A stretch of DNA of 41,781 nucleotides from Candidatus Deferrimicrobia bacterium (GTDB taxonomy: Bacteria; Desulfobacterota; Deferrimicrobia; J040), in NCBI GenBank assembly GCA_041563215.1, contig JBFFNJ010000001.1, positions 1 through 41,781 of the forward strand, in the 5' to 3' direction. Below the pieces are notes generated by a model. The model did no database searches. It worked only from the letters and a program-made list of their open reading frames with translations, and was not told the origin of the DNA. Shown here in pieces: positions 1 to 8,059 of the stretch. Position numbers and translations under genes: made by a program. Every line of letters begins with the position of its first letter. The stretch's first letter is position 1.

Positions 1-534
1 CCGACGAGGGATATCCTTGGATCCGACAATATAGAACAATCGGGGGCGAAGGTCATCGAAGATCCTTTTACCGGGGATCCCCTCTGCCTTCTTCCTGCAT
101 TGAATCCTGATGTGGCTCTGATACACGTTCACCAGGCCGATGTTTACGGGAATGCAAGAATTTTCGGCACAAACCTCTTTGCCCTTGAAGCTTCCGTTGC
201 ATCGAAGAAAGTAATCCTCTCGACCGAGGAGATCATCGACCATGATGAAATCAGGACAGATCCTCAACGCACGACGATCCCCTATTATTGCGTCGATGCC
301 GTCGTCCACCTCCCATTCTGTGCCTACCCGGGATGCATGCCCGGCAAATACGAGCTCGATATAGAGCATATCGGGAAACTGAATGCGATAGTTACCGATG
401 AACAGATGAAGGAATATCTCGAGGAATATGTCTACAATGTCTCTGACCATGCCGAATTTATTGACAGGAAGGTAGGGAGCAGGAGGCTCCGGGAGCTCAT
501 GAAAAAAGCATCGATAAAAGAAGGCTATCGTTAG
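1..534 (+). CDS. CoA-transferase family I, subunit A-like (glutaconate/3-oxoacid type), 5' partial
   Basis: Frame 1 is open from base 1; the track ORF at 100 starts at an internal TTG. The translation (DVALIHVHQADVYGNARI, IPYYCVDAVVHLPFCAYPG) looks like alpha subunits of two-subunit CoA-transferases. TAG stop at 532-534. The subunit B gene follows 8 nt later. Confidence 0.7.
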   Translation, partial: PTRDILGSDNIEQSGAKVIEDPFTGDPLCLLPALNPDVALIHVHQADVYGNARIFGTNLFALEASVASKKVILSTEEIIDHDEIRTDPQRTTIPYYCVDAVVHLPFCAYPGCMPGKYELDIEHIGKLNAIVTDEQMKEYLEEYVYNVSDHAEFIDRKVGSRRLRELMKKASIKEGYR

Positions 535-542
535 GGGGGCTG

Positions 543-1349
543 GTGAAAAAAACGGTCGAATTTACGGACACCGAGTTTATGATTGTCCATGCCGCGAGGC
601 TGCTCGAGGATAAAAAAACATTCTTCGTCGGATTCGGACTTCCCCAGATCGTTGCCATTCTTGCCCAAAAACTGTACACGCCGAACATAGTGCAGGTATT
701 TGAATTCGGGGCAATCGGGCCACGTGCGGTCACGCCCTTCGTGAGGGGAACAATGGGTGGGCCACAGAATACATACCGGTCCATTCAATGGGCGAATATG
801 AACACGGCATTCTCATACTCGGCTGCCGGTTATATAGATTATGGGATGCTGGGCGCCGCGCAGATCGATAAATACGGAAATATAAACTCGACGATGATAG
901 GAGAAACCTTCGATGCCCCTGTCAGGAGGTTCCCCGGGAGTGGAGGTGGCAACCAGGTGGCAAGCTACTGCTGGGAGACAATCATCGTGATGAAGCACGA
1001 GCCGAGAAGGTTTGTGGAGAAGGTTGATTTCATAACCTCTCCGGGTTTTCTCCAGGGCGATAGGTCGCGAGAAGAATCGGGCCTCCCCTCCAAAACGGGT
1101 CCCTGGAGGGTTGTCACCTCAAAAGCCCTGTTTGGTTTCGATGAAGAATCCCGGATCTTGAAACTCCTGGGAGTCCAAAGAGGCCTCGGGGTAGACGATG
1201 TGATCGAAGGTATGGAATTCAAACCTGCGATTGCCGATGATATCGAGGAGCTTTCTCCCCCGAGCGCAGAAGAGATCGATCTTCTTAGAAACGATACCGA
1301 TCCATCAAATATTATTATTGCTGGGGAAACAGTAAGAATAGAGGTATGA
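543..1349 (+). CDS. CoA-transferase family I, subunit B-like
   Basis: 268-aa ORF with a GTG start. Motifs MIVHAARLL, FVGFGLPQ, GAAQIDKYGNINST, RFPGSGGGNQVA and KVDFITSPGF are typical of beta subunits of glutaconate/3-oxoacid CoA-transferases. Paired with the upstream subunit A gene. Confidence 0.7.
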   Translation: MKKTVEFTDTEFMIVHAARLLEDKKTFFVGFGLPQIVAILAQKLYTPNIVQVFEFGAIGPRAVTPFVRGTMGGPQNTYRSIQWANMNTAFSYSAAGYIDYGMLGAAQIDKYGNINSTMIGETFDAPVRRFPGSGGGNQVASYCWETIIVMKHEPRRFVEKVDFITSPGFLQGDRSREESGLPSKTGPWRVVTSKALFGFDEESRILKLLGVQRGLGVDDVIEGMEFKPAIADDIEELSPPSAEEIDLLRNDTDPSNIIIAGETVRIEV

Positions 1350-1433
1350 AAGATACCGGGACCCGCCGATGTGCCTCTACGGCGTGCTCACCCCCTGCAG
1401 GAACAGCCCCTTCATAAGGATATAAACAGAATC

Positions 1434-1442
1434 TGTTATAAT
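1434..1442 (+). promoter_or_regulatory. Possible extended -10 promoter element (TGTTATAAT) upstream of miaB
   Basis: TGnTATAAT match lying 35 nt upstream of the miaB ATG, in the 127-nt gap after the CoA-transferase genes. No good -35 seen. Confidence 0.3.
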
Positions 1443-1476
1443 CGTAGAGAGACGCTTTGCGGAGAATTCCATTCAC

Positions 1477-2814
1477 ATGAGGAGAAAGGCCTACATACAT
1501 ACATTCGGGTGCCAGATGAACGAGTATGATTCGGCAAGAATGATGGGGCTCTTGCGATCGTCGGGATACGAGTATGCAGAGTCTCCTGAAACGGCAGACC
1601 TCATCATCGTCAATACCTGCAGCGTCAGGGAAAAAGCCGAACAGAAAGTATACAGCCTTCTCGGCCGTCTGAAAAAACACAAGATAAAGCGCGGAACAAA
1701 GATCGCCCTTGGAGGGTGCGTCGCACAGCAGCTGGGTGAGGGTATTTTCACGAGGGCACCGCACGTCGACATAGTTTTTGGCACACATAATATCGATAAT
1801 TTACCGGAGCTTCTGCGCGGCGCGGAAGATGGAAAGCGTTCGGTTTCCGGCCTGGAAATGTTTGAAATTCCCTCTACCTTCAGCGGTGATCAGTACCTGA
1901 GCGAAGGGAAGGTCAAGGCCTATGTCACCATCATGCAGGGATGCGACAATTATTGCTCGTATTGCATCGTTCCGCTGGTGAGAGGAAGGGAGTACAGCAG
2001 GCCCAAAGAGGACATTCTAAGGGAGGTCAGGAACCTATCGGCAAGGGGGGTGAGAGAGGTTACGCTCCTTGGACAGAACGTCAACTCATTCGGCAAAAAA
2101 AATGGTGGGACATCATTCACCGATTTGTTAAGAGAGGTATGCCGGGTAGATGGAATCGACAGGGTGCGCTTCGTTACGTCCCATCCGATGGATTTTTCCG
2201 AAGAACTAATTTTTTCTTTCGGCGAAAACGAGAAGCTGTGCTCTCACGTTCATCTGCCTGCTCAGAGCGGCTCCGATAGGCTGCTGCACATGATGAACCG
2301 AAGGTACACGAGAGACCATTACCTTTCCATCATCAACAAATTGAAAAGGGTACGGCCGGACATGACCTATTCATCCGATTTTATCGTCGGGTTTCCCGGT
2401 GAAGAGGAAGAGGATTTCGAAAAAACGCTGGAACTCATGCGGGAGGTCGGGTACGATACCACCTACTCGTTCAAATTTTCTCCCAGGCCGGGAACTGCTG
2501 CAGAAAAATTAGATGGAAGGGTGGAAGAAAGTATTGCGAGAACACGGTTGATGAAGCTCCAAGCACTTCAAAAGAAGATAACCAGAATCAACTACGCTGG
2601 AATGGTGGGGAAAAAAGTAAAAGTACTTGTTGAGGGTATATCCAAAACCGACGATAATAAGTATACTGGTCGCACAGCGTGCAATAAAATAGTCAACTTC
2701 GATGCCGGGCCAGATGATAGGGGCAAGATTATCACGGTTACCATTACCGATGCTCTTGCCCATTCGTTGACCGGGTCGACAGAAAACGGGGGTTGCCAAG
2801 ATGAAAGAAGTTAA
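1477..2814 (+). CDS. miaB: tRNA-2-methylthio-N6-dimethylallyladenosine synthase (radical SAM methylthiotransferase)
   Basis: 445 aa. N-terminal UPF0004 signature YIHTFGCQMNEYDS. Radical-SAM CxxxCxxC (CDNYCSYCIVP). C-terminal TRAM-like region. Length and layout are typical of MiaB. Confidence 0.9.
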   Translation: MRRKAYIHTFGCQMNEYDSARMMGLLRSSGYEYAESPETADLIIVNTCSVREKAEQKVYSLLGRLKKHKIKRGTKIALGGCVAQQLGEGIFTRAPHVDIVFGTHNIDNLPELLRGAEDGKRSVSGLEMFEIPSTFSGDQYLSEGKVKAYVTIMQGCDNYCSYCIVPLVRGREYSRPKEDILREVRNLSARGVREVTLLGQNVNSFGKKNGGTSFTDLLREVCRVDGIDRVRFVTSHPMDFSEELIFSFGENEKLCSHVHLPAQSGSDRLLHMMNRRYTRDHYLSIINKLKRVRPDMTYSSDFIVGFPGEEEEDFEKTLELMREVGYDTTYSFKFSPRPGTAAEKLDGRVEESIARTRLMKLQALQKKITRINYAGMVGKKVKVLVEGISKTDDNKYTGRTACNKIVNFDAGPDDRGKIITVTITDALAHSLTGSTENGGCQDERS

Positions 2815-3283
2815 CGTGCTCGGCATAACGATAGACCCGGTTACCAACTCTCCCATCGTTATACTGCGGGACGTGGATAAGAAGTTTACCCTTCCCATAT
2901 GGATCGGCGTTCTGGAGGCAAACTCCATTGCGATTGAAATTGAGAAGATGGACCTCCCAAGGCCGATGACCCACGATCTAACCAAGAACATTATCGAGGA
3001 ATTCGGCGGAAAAGTCCTGCGGGTAGAGATTACGGACCTGAAGGACAATACCTATTTTGCCGTAATATATATCCAGTCAGATGGAAAGAGGTTCCAGATA
3101 GACTCCCGTCCAAGCGACGCGATAGCCCTGGCCCTGAGGTGCAAGGCGGCGATATACGTTTATGATTCGGTCCTCGAGAAGGCCTACAGCCTTGAATCCG
3201 AAGAGGGCAAGGAGGGGCAGGATCGCTGGTCCGAGCTTCTTGAAATGCTCAATCCCGAAGAATTTACGAAGTACAAGATGTAA
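2801..3283 (+). CDS. Bifunctional nuclease family protein (DUF151/BFN domain)
   Basis: 160 aa. SPIVILRD...LPIWIG..EA.SI and RPMTHDL...VEITDL.DNTYFA..RPSDAIALALR match the DUF151 pattern as I remember it. Overlaps the miaB stop by 14 nt. Confidence 0.75.
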   Translation: MKEVNVLGITIDPVTNSPIVILRDVDKKFTLPIWIGVLEANSIAIEIEKMDLPRPMTHDLTKNIIEEFGGKVLRVEITDLKDNTYFAVIYIQSDGKRFQIDSRPSDAIALALRCKAAIYVYDSVLEKAYSLESEEGKEGQDRWSELLEMLNPEEFTKYKM

Positions 3284-3294
3284 ATTGGGGGAAG

Positions 3295-5142
3295 ATGCAG
3301 CACCCGAAGACTATTATAGTTGTCGACGATAGTTCATCCGATCTCAAAAAGTCCCAGTTGCTCATCGAAGGAGAGTTTATAGATGTCATCTTCATCCCAT
3401 CCTCTCATTACTTTTCAGATAAAAAACTAAAGGAGAGGGCATCCCTCGTTTCAATCACCTCGGAAAACGTGAGCGAGGAAAATCTGCTCAGAATATTGCG
3501 GGAAGCAAACGGGGGTCTACCCCTGTTGTGCTTCAAAGAGACACCTCCTCTGAAAAAACTCGGTGAATGGGTCCTAAGCCGGGAAAGCGATACCGTATCG
3601 GAGGAGGAAAGAGATATGGTCGAGAAGTTGATGGCCGAAAGCCTCGACTACTATCTTCTCGCTTCTGTTTATCAGCGATGCCTGAAAATCATCACCTCTT
3701 ACGAGATCGAAACGCTTTTAGCCAGCGCCACTGATGCGTTCCTGAGTGAGCTAAAAGTCGAATCATGCGTCCTCTGGCTCGCCGACCAGCAAGAGAGGGA
3801 TGCATTCACGATCGCCGCCGTAAGGGGGCTGATCAACATTGACCTCGAAGGATCGAGGTTTTACCTCTCCAAGATGGATTTTTACGAGCAGGTCAATGGC
3901 CTCATGCCCTTTGAATACCCGGAAACGGCGAAAAAGGATAACTTTCTCTACGTTCCGCTCGTTCACGCCGGATATTCCATCGGTCTTTTGAAACTAGGGA
4001 AAAAATTGACGGGAAAGCCGTTTTCTGAGAAGGAGGAGGGTATCTGCAAAATTATAGCCGACCATTGTGCATTTGCGATAAAAAACCTCGACAAAATCCA
4101 GAAGCTCGAGAAAATAACGCTTTTTGACCCGGAAACCAAGGTTTATTCTGCGTCTTTTTTCAGCGACTACTTCGACAAGGAATCGTCGAAGTCAAGCCGG
4201 TTCCAACGTCCCTTATCACTGGTTTTTGTTCACCTCGACAACTACAGCTATCTCCTCACCAGGCTCAAGGAAACGATTCTCCATGACCGTGTTTCCCACA
4301 TACTCACCAGAATTGCCAAAGCGCTCAGAGACTCAGATCTCATTTCCCGGCTCGAAAGCAACCGTTTTTGTATTCTTCTTCCGGAGACGGACTATCTCGG
4401 TGCTCTGATAACCATCAAACGACTGAGAAAGATGATCGGTGATGTGTTACGCCTGGAACATCTCGATAAGACCTATTACCTGAACATACTCATGCGGGCC
4501 GTTTCATTTCCCAACGATGGATATACCCTGGATGAACTCAAAAAATCCGTCCATAAGAAGTTTATTCTCTACAAGAGGAGTCCCGTTTACAAGTATCAGC
4601 TTCAAGACAAGAGCTTCTGGGATATATTCGAGGTCATTATCGGTGATTTTTCTCAATACAAAGAGCAAAGTTCCAATATAATCGATCGGGGCAATTTCAG
4701 GGTAAAGGCAAATTTCGGCAGGAACAGGTATTTCTCCATGGAGACAGAGGAATTCACGAAGGTAGTCGAAGTTATTTCACAGGATTTGTGCATGGGAAAA
4801 GATGAGAGGGGGATACTTCTCGTGGCTGGCCCGAGGCCAGAGTTGATTCGCCAGATACTGTCGTCTTTCGAGATCGGCAACGTACCTTCAAAAAAGATCT
4901 ACATCCTCGGAAAGAAAGCAGTATCAAAGTTCGACGCAAAGAACGTATTGATTGTCTCCGCGGAAGACAGGAGGCTCGATTCATCTCACATATTGATTTA
5001 CCTGAAAGACAGCGGTGCCTATGCCCTCATGACTACCTCTGCCGATGGTAATCTGGTGGGTTTCAATACGTCAGACGAGGTTCTCGTGGAAACCCTCTTC
5101 GAGAAAATTCAGGATATGTACATGATACAGGGAACGTTCTGA
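3295..5142 (+). CDS. Multidomain signalling protein: pseudo-receiver, GAF-like domain, degenerate GGDEF domain (I-site retained) and an unassigned C-terminal domain
   Basis: 615 aa. The N-terminus IIVVDDSSSD resembles a receiver but has no acceptor Asp at the expected spot. The middle ~140 aa look GAF-like. Residues ~273-425 align by eye to GGDEF domains, with the GG[DE]EF position reading ESNRF and RDSD at the RxxD I-site position. The last ~190 aa are unassigned. Confidence 0.7.
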   Translation: MQHPKTIIVVDDSSSDLKKSQLLIEGEFIDVIFIPSSHYFSDKKLKERASLVSITSENVSEENLLRILREANGGLPLLCFKETPPLKKLGEWVLSRESDTVSEEERDMVEKLMAESLDYYLLASVYQRCLKIITSYEIETLLASATDAFLSELKVESCVLWLADQQERDAFTIAAVRGLINIDLEGSRFYLSKMDFYEQVNGLMPFEYPETAKKDNFLYVPLVHAGYSIGLLKLGKKLTGKPFSEKEEGICKIIADHCAFAIKNLDKIQKLEKITLFDPETKVYSASFFSDYFDKESSKSSRFQRPLSLVFVHLDNYSYLLTRLKETILHDRVSHILTRIAKALRDSDLISRLESNRFCILLPETDYLGALITIKRLRKMIGDVLRLEHLDKTYYLNILMRAVSFPNDGYTLDELKKSVHKKFILYKRSPVYKYQLQDKSFWDIFEVIIGDFSQYKEQSSNIIDRGNFRVKANFGRNRYFSMETEEFTKVVEVISQDLCMGKDERGILLVAGPRPELIRQILSSFEIGNVPSKKIYILGKKAVSKFDAKNVLIVSAEDRRLDSSHILIYLKDSGAYALMTTSADGNLVGFNTSDEVLVETLFEKIQDMYMIQGTF

Positions 5143-5151
5143 TGGCGAGCC

Positions 5152-6744
5152 ATGAGCAAGAAAATTCTCATAGCTGACAGGGACAAGAGGATACGGGATA
5201 GGCTCTCATCGAAGCTCAGGGCGAGAGGCTTCGATATCTATACGGTGGAGGACGGCTCGAGTGCCCTGGAGTCTGTCCTGGTTCGCTTGCCGGATCTCCT
5301 CGTCGTCGATACCGATCTCGACGTCTTGCCCACGGAAAGGCTCATCCAGATCATACGCTCAAACCCGAAAACCAGAGAGGTGCCGGTAATCTATCTTTCA
5401 AGCGAAGGAAAGAGTCTTGGCACTTTCAGGAAAGATGTAGACGATTTCGTCAGAAAACCGTTCAATATGAGCGAGTTTATTCTGCGGGTGTCGCGAATAT
5501 TCGGATATGGAGTAAAAGAGGCGTCGCTTATTTCCGGTGACACCGAGGTTTCCGGCAACATATCCCATATGTCGCTGCCTGACCTGCTGCAGATGTTTTC
5601 CTTGAATGGGAGAAGTGGTGTTCTTCACGTAGCATCGAAAAGGACTTCAGGCTCAATTTACATGAGCGAAGGAGATATTATATCTGCTATTTCCGGCACG
5701 ACCGTGGGAGAAAAGGCTTTCTACCGTTTGATCAATCTGCAGGAGGGAGAGTTCCAGTTTGTTCCCGGGGAGTTCGATTCAAAGAGAACAATACTGAAGA
5801 GCAGTCACAGCCTGATTTTCGAGGGATTGCGCAGACACGATGAGATGGCCTTGATCACGGAAGATTATCCCGATCCCGATGACTCAGTGGAGTTTATGAT
5901 CAACCCGCATAAGTTACCCCCAACGTCAAACCCCTTGTTGAAAGAGATCCTCATGCTCATCGAGTACTATTCAAAGGTCGAGGAGATTGTGAACGCCTCG
6001 ACCCATCCCGATATTGATGTGTATAAAGCCCTTCTCTCGATGAGGAAGAGAAATTTCATCAAAGTCGGGAGATTCGAGAAAAAACAGGTAAAGCTCGACT
6101 TCCTCGACAAGGACGAAATCATCAAAATACGTTCTAAGAGGGAACTCCCTGTGTCAAAGGATTTGGATAACCCCATCGTTGGAAAGATAGTTTTTTTTAT
6201 TCCCGAAGATTCCATCCTTGCCGAAATCATAAATGTTCTCAATCGATACTCTGAATTTCAGGTGGACAGGTATTTTTTGACGGTGAAAAACAGGGAGAGT
6301 GGCATATTAAATGGAGTGTTCGGATATCTACACATCGGGAAAAATGCGAGGATCGCCTTGCTTTCCTTCCTGTGCAGGAGGGAGTTTTCACCCATGTGGC
6401 ATGCGATGTCCTCGAAATCTATCGGCGTGATTCTCATCCTGAAAGACGAGATGAGCAGTTCCCTCGAGGACCTTCTGGCTGTCTCAGAGTTTGCAAAGAC
6501 CACGGGCAGCGGGCAGATTCTCGGGATTATGAGCAAGAGTTTCACAAATTTCGGCCTGGGTGACAATACCCTCAATCTTTTCAAAAAAAGAGCCGAGAAA
6601 CTGCGCTGTGCGATTAAAATAAAAGAAATGGACGAATTGACCCCGGGGGAAATACAGGCTTCCCTTCAAGAAGTCATAAGGAAACACATAGATACCGTGG
6701 AGAGCCGTGATGATAGATTTGCACATACACTCGATATTCAGTGA
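5152..6744 (+). CDS. Response-regulator receiver / DUF4388 (PATAN) protein with a C-terminal degenerate small-GTPase-like domain
   Basis: 530 aa. The receiver domain has the acidic pocket (ADRD), VVDTD and a K in RKPF. The DUF4388 signature is MSLPDLLQMFSLNGRSGVL...GEKAFYRL. The C-terminal ~175 aa align by eye to MglA/Ras-like folds but lack G1/G3/G4 motifs. Starts 9 nt after the upstream gene. Confidence 0.7.
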   Translation: MSKKILIADRDKRIRDRLSSKLRARGFDIYTVEDGSSALESVLVRLPDLLVVDTDLDVLPTERLIQIIRSNPKTREVPVIYLSSEGKSLGTFRKDVDDFVRKPFNMSEFILRVSRIFGYGVKEASLISGDTEVSGNISHMSLPDLLQMFSLNGRSGVLHVASKRTSGSIYMSEGDIISAISGTTVGEKAFYRLINLQEGEFQFVPGEFDSKRTILKSSHSLIFEGLRRHDEMALITEDYPDPDDSVEFMINPHKLPPTSNPLLKEILMLIEYYSKVEEIVNASTHPDIDVYKALLSMRKRNFIKVGRFEKKQVKLDFLDKDEIIKIRSKRELPVSKDLDNPIVGKIVFFIPEDSILAEIINVLNRYSEFQVDRYFLTVKNRESGILNGVFGYLHIGKNARIALLSFLCRREFSPMWHAMSSKSIGVILILKDEMSSSLEDLLAVSEFAKTTGSGQILGIMSKSFTNFGLGDNTLNLFKKRAEKLRCAIKIKEMDELTPGEIQASLQEVIRKHIDTVESRDDRFAHTLDIQ

Positions 6745-7357
6745 TGGGGTGCTCATCCCATCGGAAATCGTATCCCGGGCCAAGCAGAAAGGTTACAAAG
6801 CTCTCGCTCTAACTGACCACGTGGACACGTCGAACATTGATTTCGTTCTTTCCGGCATGGTAAAGGTTTCCCGGGACCTGTCCCATAAAACCGGTGTGAA
6901 AGTCATTCCCGGCGTGGAGATCACCCACGTCCCGCCTTCCCTCATAGCAGGCCTCGTTTCAGAGGCAAGGGAACGGGGTGCCGGTATAGTTATCGTTCAT
7001 GGCGAGACGATTGTGGAGCCGGTACCCCCGGGAACGAACAGAGAGGCAATTGTTGCCTGTGCCGATATTCTTGCACATCCAGGCCTCATAACAGAGGAGG
7101 ATGCCCTGCTGGCAGCAAAAAATGGGGTCTTTCTGGAGATAACTGCGAGGGGAGGGCACTCTTACACGAATGGCCATGTCGTCAGAATGGCAAAGAGTAC
7201 GGGTGCGGAATTGATCTTCAACACCGATGCGCACGGGCCTGGGGACTTTATAGACAAGGAAGCAGCAAGGGCAATTCTGGAGGGTGCGGGTCTTTTGGCT
7301 GATGATGTTTCATCTATTTTTGAAAATTCCGTAAACTTGATAGATAAGAGGGGCTGA
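6707..7357 (+). CDS. PHP-family metal-dependent phosphoesterase (histidinol-phosphatase-like)
   Basis: 216 aa. N-terminal IDLHIHSIFSDG and later LTDHVD, IVHGE and NTDAHGPGD are PHP-domain metal-ligand motifs. The start may be the ATG at 6710 (GGAG lies 7 nt upstream) rather than the GTG at 6707. Overlaps the previous gene by ~35 nt. Confidence 0.75.
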   Translation: MMIDLHIHSIFSDGVLIPSEIVSRAKQKGYKALALTDHVDTSNIDFVLSGMVKVSRDLSHKTGVKVIPGVEITHVPPSLIAGLVSEARERGAGIVIVHGETIVEPVPPGTNREAIVACADILAHPGLITEEDALLAAKNGVFLEITARGGHSYTNGHVVRMAKSTGAELIFNTDAHGPGDFIDKEAARAILEGAGLLADDVSSIFENSVNLIDKRG

Positions 7358-7360
7358 AAC

Positions 7361-8059
7361 GTGGCAAAGAAAAGAATGACGAAAAAGGAACTGAAACAAC
7401 CTGATGAGGTTTTGACACTCCTTGGCACGGCGACCAGGTTCATCTCGGAAAACCAGGGAAAGCTGCTGGTCGTTGCTGCATCGATATTTCTGCTGGCACT
7501 GTCGATTTACGGCTACAAGGGCTATACGAGCAGGAAATTTTCCAAGGAGAATGGAAAGCTCTGGGAAATAGTCTCCAGGATACCCGGTAATTACCTTGAA
7601 CTCAGTGAAGGGGAAAAACAAAGCCTCGTCCTGGTCAAATCCGATCTCGAGAATTTTTCGAAAAAGGTCGGCTCGAAATCCGTGAAAATATACGCGCAGT
7701 ATTATATCGCCGATGTGAATTACAAACTCGCATACTATTCTAATGCAGTCGAGCAATTTCAGGAAATTCTGCGAAAAGAGGAAGTACCTCCCGAGTTGCG
7801 TTACATAAGCAACATCGGGCTCGGTTACAGCTATGAGGCCCTTTCTGAGTATCAATCTGCAATTCGCCACTTTAGGGTTGCCGGGGAGATGGCAAACGAC
7901 TCTTACAGCAGAGGTACCGCCTCCTACGGGATGGGCCGCTGTTACGAACTTATGGGGGATATCGACGGGGCAAGGCAGGTATATAGCGATATCATGGAAA
8001 AGAACCCTGATTACCCTGATATTGAATTCATCAAAATCAGGCTTTCATCAATTTCCTGA
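7361..8059 (+). CDS. Membrane-anchored tetratricopeptide-repeat protein (YfgM-like topology)
   Basis: 232 aa with a GTG start. One N-terminal hydrophobic helix (LLVVAASIFLLALSIYGY). TPR-like A..Y...G.....A...Y repeats in the C-terminal half. Confidence 0.6.
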   Translation: MAKKRMTKKELKQPDEVLTLLGTATRFISENQGKLLVVAASIFLLALSIYGYKGYTSRKFSKENGKLWEIVSRIPGNYLELSEGEKQSLVLVKSDLENFSKKVGSKSVKIYAQYYIADVNYKLAYYSNAVEQFQEILRKEEVPPELRYISNIGLGYSYEALSEYQSAIRHFRVAGEMANDSYSRGTASYGMGRCYELMGDIDGARQVYSDIMEKNPDYPDIEFIKIRLSSIS

